From Alphaproteobacteria bacterium (lineage in GTDB: Bacteria; Pseudomonadota; Alphaproteobacteria; UBA828): 64,000 bases of DNA. Each line of letters begins with the position of its first letter. Positions within the stretch are counted from its first letter, which is position 1. A program made the position numbers and the translations under genes. The stretch lies in NCBI GenBank assembly GCA_963422645.2, contig CAXXVO010000014.1, positions 288,001 to 352,000 on the forward strand. Direction: 5' to 3'. The notes under the pieces were generated by a model. It was not told where the DNA came from. It searched no databases and saw only the letters and a program-made list of their open reading frames with translations. This document shows positions 57,983 to 64,000 of the stretch, one piece after another.

Positions 57983-59536
57983 CTAAATCTTCCGCTCGTG
58001 CCCCACCCAGTAGCGCTCGCGGACCTTGCGCTTCAGCACCTTGCCGACGCCGCTGCGGGGCAGCTCGTCCCAGAACTCTACCGTCTTCGGTGCCTTGTAG
58101 GCCGAGAGCTCCCCTTTGCAGAGCGCGATCAGGTCGTCCCCACTCACCCGCTCGCCCTGCTTGAGCTCCACCACGGCCTTCACCGCCTCGCCCCACTTCT
58201 CGTCGGGCACGCCGATCACGGCGCAGTCCTGCACCGCCGGGTGGCTCCAGATCACGCGCTCGATCTCGATCGGGAAGACGTTGAGCCCGCCCGAGATGAT
58301 CATGTCCTTCTTGCGGTCGACGATATAGACGAAGCCGTCCTCGTCCTTGTAGCCAATGTCGCCGGTGTGGTGCCAACCGTGGGCCCGGATTTCCGCCGTG
58401 CCTTGCGCGTCGGCGAAATAGCCGAGGGAGACGAAGGTGCCGCGCACCACGATCTCGCCCCACTCGCCGGTGGGCATCAGGTTGCCCGCGTCGTCCATCA
58501 TCTCGACCTCGACGAAGACGGGCGGGCGGCCGCAGCTGAGCAGCCGGTGGCGCTTGGCGGGGTCGGCAAGGGCCTCCAGGTGGTCCGCCGGCGTCAGGAT
58601 GCCGATGGTGCAGGGGCACTCGGCCTGGCCGTAGATCTGGGTCATGCAGGGGCCGAAGAGGTCGATGGCCTCGGCCACCTTGTCGGCGGACATCGGCGCG
58701 CCGCCGTAGACGAAGTAGTCGAGCGTGGAGAAGTCGAACTCGCGCGCCCTGGCGTGGGCGATCATCATGTAGATCACCGTCGGCGGCATGAAGGTGTGGG
58801 TCACGCCGTGCCGGTCGATCGCCTCCAGCACCGTGAGCGGATCGGGTTTCTGGATGCACACCGTGGTGCCGCCGAAGGCCATGGCGGGCCAGGCGAAGAC
58901 GCCGGCGCCGTGGGCCATCGAGGTCGCCACCAGGTGCACGGGCGGCTTCTTGATCGGCAGGTGCGCGTAAACGTTGGCGCACCAGGCCTCCCAGATCAGG
59001 TTGGACCACATCGCGCCCTTGGGCCGGCCGGTGGTGCCGCCCGAGGTGAAGTGGCTGATAACGGCGTCGCGCTCGTCCGGAAGCTCCGGCGCCTCTTCCG
59101 GCTGGCCCGCGATGAAGTCCTCGAAGGAGGGCGTGTCCGCGCCGGCGCGATCGAGGCAGACCAGGTGGCGGAGCTTCGGGCACTGGGCGCGGATCTGCGC
59201 GATCGCGGGCTCGAAGCTCGAATGGTAGAAGAGCCAGGCGGCCTCGCGCTGGTCGATGACGTAGGCGTTCTCGTCGGCCGACGCGAGCGCGGCGAGGCCG
59301 ACCCAGACGCCCCCGGCGCGGGCGGCGCCGATCCAGGCCTCGAAGGCGCGGCTGCTGTTGGGGCTGAGGATCGCGACCCGGTCGCCCCGCTCGAGCCCGC
59401 CCGCGAGGAGCGCGTTCGCGGTGCGATGGCTGCGCCGGGCGACCTCGCGATAGCTGAGCTCGCCGGTCCCGTCGATGAGGCAGGCGCGGTCCGGATAATA
59501 CCGGTGCCCACGCTCGAAGTAGTCGATCAGCCTCAT
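57983..59536 (-). CDS. AMP-dependent acyl-CoA synthetase
   Basis: FTSGGTTGRPKG, YGQAE, TGDIG, DRKKDMIISGG, GKV. Confidence 0.92.
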   Translation of the reverse strand: MRLIDYFERGHRYYPDRACLIDGTGELSYREVARRSHRTANALLAGGLERGDRVAILSPNSSRAFEAWIGAARAGGVWVGLAALASADENAYVIDQREAAWLFYHSSFEPAIAQIRAQCPKLRHLVCLDRAGADTPSFEDFIAGQPEEAPELPDERDAVISHFTSGGTTGRPKGAMWSNLIWEAWCANVYAHLPIKKPPVHLVATSMAHGAGVFAWPAMAFGGTTVCIQKPDPLTVLEAIDRHGVTHTFMPPTVIYMMIAHARAREFDFSTLDYFVYGGAPMSADKVAEAIDLFGPCMTQIYGQAECPCTIGILTPADHLEALADPAKRHRLLSCGRPPVFVEVEMMDDAGNLMPTGEWGEIVVRGTFVSLGYFADAQGTAEIRAHGWHHTGDIGYKDEDGFVYIVDRKKDMIISGGLNVFPIEIERVIWSHPAVQDCAVIGVPDEKWGEAVKAVVELKQGERVSGDDLIALCKGELSAYKAPKTVEFWDELPRSGVGKVLKRKVRERYWVGHERKI

Positions 59537-59619
59537 GCGGCTCCTCCCGGATCGCTTTTCTCGTGCCCGTTTTCCCGCAGCGCGCGACGCCACGCTCTAC
59601 GCGGAATTGACTCGGATTT

Positions 59620-59633
59620 CAAACAAGTGTTTG
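59620..59633. promoter_or_regulatory. palindromic operator (PsrA-like CAAAC-N4-GTTTG) between divergent genes
   Basis: CAAACAAGTGTTTG. Confidence 0.45.
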
Positions 59634-59679
59634 CTTGGCAGCGCGCCGCCCGGGCGCCGCAATCGAAGAGAGTGACGCC

Positions 59680-60897
59680 ATGCTTTCGCTGCCCAAGCAG
59701 GAGCTCAAGGGGCACTTCACCATGCTGCCGATGGACGAGGTCCATTTCGGCTCCGGCAGCCTCGACAATCTCTCGGCCGAGCTCGAGAAGCAGGGCGTGA
59801 ACCGGGCCGTCATCATCACCGGCAACACCTTGGCCCAGAAGACGAATCTGGTGGACAAGGTGGCCGCCGCCGCCGGCAACAAGTGCGCCGGCGTCTTCCA
59901 CGAGACCTCGCAGCACGTGCCGCGCCGCACCGTGATCGCCGCCGCCGACTACGCGCGCGAGCGGGGGGCGGACGCGCTCATCAGCTTCGGCGGCGGCACG
60001 CCCAACGATACCACCAAGGCGGCCCTGATCTGCCTCGCCGAGGGGATCACCGAGCCCGCCGGCCTCGATCGGTACATGATCAAGTTCACCTACCCGGACA
60101 AGGTCGAGATCCCGTCGCTCACGAACGATCCGATCCCGATGTTCGCGATCCCGACCACGCTGTCGGCGGGCGAGTTCACCTACTTCGTGGGCGTCACCGA
60201 CGAGGAGCGCAAGGTCAAGGACCTCTACGTCGACCGGCGGATCACGGCGAAGGCGGTCATCCTCGACCCCGAGCTCACCATGGAGACGCCGGAGCGGCTC
60301 TGGCTCGGCACCGGCATGCGCGCGGTCGACCACTGCATCGAGGCGATGTGCTCCACCACCGCGCAGCCCTTCATCGACGCGCTCGCCTACCGCGCGCTCA
60401 ACATGCTGGTGCGCCACCTGCGCGAGACCAGGGCGGATCCCGGCGATGCGGCCGCGCGCGGGCAGTGCATGGTGGCGGCCTGGATGTCGGTCTGCGGCCT
60501 CGCCAACGTGACGCTGGGCTTGAGCCACGGCATCGGCCACCAGTTGGGCGCGCGCTGCAACGTGCCTCACGGCGAGACCTCGGCGGTGATGATGCCGCAC
60601 GTCATGGCCTTCAACCGGGCAGTCACCACGACCCGCCAGGCCTGGGCGGCCGAGGCCATGGGCGTGGACATCGCCGGCATGAGCGAGGAGCAAGCCGCCG
60701 CCGCGGCGGCCGACGAGGTGGCCAAGCTGGTGCGCGAGGACATGGGCCTGCCCTGGCGGCTCCGCGATGTCGGCGTCACCCACGAGGACTTCCCCGGCAT
60801 CGCGGCGGACGCGCTGGAGGACATCATCGTCGCCGGCAACCCGCGCCAGGTGACGTCCGAGGACGAGGTCATCGACCTCTTGCACACGGCCTGGTAG
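59680..60897 (+). CDS. iron-containing alcohol dehydrogenase family protein
   Basis: FGGGTPND, IPTTLSAGE, HGIGHQLG, PHG. Confidence 0.88.
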   Translation: MLSLPKQELKGHFTMLPMDEVHFGSGSLDNLSAELEKQGVNRAVIITGNTLAQKTNLVDKVAAAAGNKCAGVFHETSQHVPRRTVIAAADYARERGADALISFGGGTPNDTTKAALICLAEGITEPAGLDRYMIKFTYPDKVEIPSLTNDPIPMFAIPTTLSAGEFTYFVGVTDEERKVKDLYVDRRITAKAVILDPELTMETPERLWLGTGMRAVDHCIEAMCSTTAQPFIDALAYRALNMLVRHLRETRADPGDAAARGQCMVAAWMSVCGLANVTLGLSHGIGHQLGARCNVPHGETSAVMMPHVMAFNRAVTTTRQAWAAEAMGVDIAGMSEEQAAAAAADEVAKLVREDMGLPWRLRDVGVTHEDFPGIAADALEDIIVAGNPRQVTSEDEVIDLLHTAW

Positions 60898-60930
60898 CGC
60901 AGGCTTGCTTCCGGGCTAGGGGAGACACCC

Positions 60931-62988
60931 ATGGGCTATCGCATTGCCGTCGATACCGGCGGCACGTTCACCGATGTCGTGGTCGCCGACGACGCGGGCC
61001 AGCTCACCGTCGGCAAGGCGCTGACCACGGCCGAGCGCACCTTCGAGGGCTTCAGCGGCGCGCTCGCCAACGCCGGCGACATCGCGGGCGTCCCCTACGA
61101 GCGCCTGCTGGCCGAGACCGAGATGCTGATTTACGGCACCACGCGGTCGACCAACTCGATCATCGAGGGCAAGGTCGCGAAGACCGCGTTGCTCACCACC
61201 GAGGGCTTTCCGGACACGCTGCTCTACCGCCACGGCGGCAAGCGCGAGCCGCTCAACCTCGCGATGGAGTTCCCGCCGCCCTACATCCCGCGCCGGCTCA
61301 CCTTCGAGATCCCGGAGCGGATCAACGCCGAGGGCGGCATCGAGCGCGAACTCGACGAGCCCGCGGCGCGCGCGATCATCGAGGCGCTGCCGCGCAAGCG
61401 GATCGAGGCGGTCGCGGTCGCCCTGCTCTGGTCCATCGTGAATCCCGACCACGAGCTCCGCATCGGCGCGCTGATCGCCGAGATCATGCCCGGCGTGCCC
61501 TACACCCTCTCGCACCAGCTCAACCCGATCATCCGCGAGTTCCCGCGCACCTCGTCCACCGCCATCGACGCCTCGCTGAAGCCCTTGATGCAGAGCCATC
61601 TCGCTTCCTTCGAGAGCGACCTGCGCGCCGCCGGCTGCGAGGGCGAGGTGCTGATCTCGACGTCGTCGGGCGGCGTCATGCACGTGGACGACGTGGTGGC
61701 GAAGCCGATCTACACCGTGAAGTCGGGCCCTGCGATGGGCCCGCTCGCCGGCATCGCCTACGCCGGCGCCGAGGACCAGGGCGACGACGTCATCATCGTC
61801 GATACCGGGGGCACCACCTTCGACGTGAGCCTGGTCCGCAGCGGTCAGGTCAAGTACACGCGCGATACGTGGCTGCTCGGCGAGTGGATCGGCCACAACC
61901 TCGGCCTCTCCTCGGTGGACGTGCGCAGCGTCGGCGCGGGCGGCGGCTCCACCGCCTGGATCGACGCCGGCGGGCTGCTCCGCGTCGGCCCGCAGAGCGC
62001 GGGCGCCCGCCCCGGGCCCGCCTGCTACGGCCAGGGTGGCGAGGCGCCCACCGTCACCGACGCCGCCGTGGTCCTCGGCTACATCGACCCCGACTATTTC
62101 CTCGGCGGGCGCATGAGCCTCGACGTGACCGCCGCGGCCAGCGTGATCGAGAAGGTCGCGGCGCCCCTCAAGCTCTCGGCCGATGAGGCCGCCTCGGCGG
62201 TGCTCACCCTTGCCGGCGAGCAGATGATCAAGGCGATCCAGGAGATCACGGTCCAAGACGGCGTGAACCCCGGCGAGAGCATCATCGTCGCCGGCGGCGG
62301 CGCCGCCGGGCTCAACATCATCCCCATCGCCCAGGCGCTGGGCTGCCGCCGGGTGCTGCTGCCGCGCACGGCGGGCGCGCTCAGCGCCTGCGGCGGGCAG
62401 TTCTCCAACATCGTCTCCGAGTTCAGCGGGAGCCGGTACGCGCATTCCAACACCTTCGACTTCGAGGGCGTGAGCGCGACCCTCTCCGGCATCGCGGCGC
62501 GGATGGACGAGTTCGAGGAGAAGCTGCGCGGCCGCAGCATCGAGCGCTTCGGGCGCGAGTACTTCGTCGAGGCCCGCTATATCAACCAGCAGTGGGAGAT
62601 GGAGATTCCCATGCCCATGGACCGCTTCGAGGGCCAAGCGGACGTGGAGCGGCTGGTGGAAGCCTTCCACGACGTCCATTTCCGCCGCTATGCGGTCAAG
62701 GAAGAAGGCGGCGCCATCGAGTGCATCAACTGGAAGGGCCGGATCACGGCCTTCCTCGACAAGCCGTCGTTCCCGGCCGAGCCGATGAGCGACGCCGCCC
62801 TGCCCAAGCCGCGCCGCACCACACGCGCCTACTTCGGCGAGGCCGGGGCCTTGTTGGACACGCCCTTCCATCTCGGCGATGATCTGCTGCCCGGCATGGT
62901 GCTGAAGGGGCCGGCCATCGTCGAGGAGCCCACCACGACGATCGTCGTCTACCCGGGCTCGTCGGCGACCGTGACCGCCGGACGAAAC
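60931..62988 (+). pseudogene. hydantoinase A / oxoprolinase family protein, extreme C-terminus replaced by IS
   Basis: DTGGTFTD, SGPA, DTGGTTFD, GPAIVEEPTTT; the IS starts at 62989, so the protein is nearly full length. Confidence 0.85.
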
Positions 62989-63868
62989 TCAGACTTCCTG
63001 ACCTCTGCTGATTTTAGGTGACACGAGCCGCGCGGATTCCGAGGCCCCGTCGATGTCGTAGACTATGCGCAGACGGGTGCCGGGGAAGACCGTTTCGGTG
63101 GCGTTCAGGTCGCTCAGAACCGCATCGATCCAACGGTCGCAGGCGTCGTTTGCGAGGCCAAGAATGTGGACCCGCAGGAGGCCATTGCCAGGATCCGGCA
63201 GGATGTCGGCATCGGCGGTGAGCAGCGCTTGAAGCAGTTTCCGGGGATGGGGCTTGTGGCCCTGCGCCTGCATGACGGGAAGCATCATGCGGGTTTCGGC
63301 GCGGTAGGCGATCATCCGGATGACGTCGAGGAGGAGGCGCTCGCGCGCGGGCAAGGCATCGAGCTGCTCGGCTTCGTCGAGGTCGCCGGCCCGGCAGTGC
63401 TTGGGCGTCTCCCTGCGGCTGGCCCTGACGATGTCGCGGACATCCTGGAGGTCCCTGACTTCCCTCCTGAGTTCCGCCGTCGGCTGCTTCTTCCGGGCCG
63501 TGTCGGCGATGCGGTTGCGCAGGCGGCCAAGCTGGCGGTCGAGGCGATGGATTGCCTTGTCATAGGCCCGCCGCAGCGGGTTGACGACCATGGCGGCGGG
63601 ATCGAGAGGCTCGAGCTCGTGGGTCGGCAGGGCGTCGAGATTGAACTCGTCACGCATGTACTTGAAGAAGTTCTCCTGCGACCAGCGCGAGAACATGGCG
63701 CCCGCAACCTCAGCCATCGGCTTGTGCGGATCGGTGGTGATCAGCGGCACCTGACGGCCGTTGTCGAGCAGGCGGCGGATCTGGCGCACCCTGAAGCCGT
63801 TCGGCAACGTCACCGGCTTCTCAGCCAGCCGCATGGTGGCGCTGCCGTCCGCCGCCGGTCCGTGAATG
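62989..63868 (-). mobile_element. 3' part of the unclassified IS, interrupted by IS1634
   Basis: Matches the 3' end of 49956..52471. Confidence 0.92.
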
Positions 63869-64000
63869 CCTGACTTCGACGGTTGATTCGCGTAAGTATT
63901 TGAAATTGGCCGGTTCTCATTTCCGGCCAGGCACTACATCCGGCGGCGCTGCGAGACCGGGCCGGGTTTCGTCGGCGGTCAGTCGAGCTGGTACGGGGTG
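63869..64000 (-). mobile_element. IS1634 copy 2 (end, runs off window)
   Basis: Matches 35310 onward. Confidence 0.92.

Overview
High-GC, Alphaproteobacteria-like chromosomal region; TMAO-sensing tor genes, many TA pairs and the IS load suggest a marine, possibly host-associated organism (inference). About 23 kb of the 64 kb (~36%) is insertion sequence from at least seven element types: IS66-A, IS66-B, IS21, IS110, IS1634, IS1380 and an unclassified IS with a 786-aa DDE transposase. Most copies are nested in one another and lack target duplications. The backbone encodes hydantoinase/oxoprolinase-family enzymes, SDRs, ABC components, torT/torS/torR, gloB, an LLM oxidoreductase, a class IV aminotransferase, an acyl-CoA ligase, four toxin-antitoxin pairs, tRNA-Gly(CCC) and the right end of a Mu-like prophage. 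Most notable: (1) two copies of an IS110 whose target (RACAAAGTR, core AA), donor junction and a ~180-nt candidate bridge RNA with matching guide segments can be read from the window; (2) a 210-bp transposase-less, bridge-RNA-less mini-IS110 inside the right end of an IS66; (3) an IS66 carrying a DNA adenine methyltransferase gene translationally coupled to its transposase; (4) a QueC-like PP-loop gene at the mom position of a Mu-like prophage end; (5) a SAM-I-like riboswitch plus a Cys-rich leader ORF upstream of an OsmC-like gene. All calls are by eye from motifs; no database searches or folding were run.
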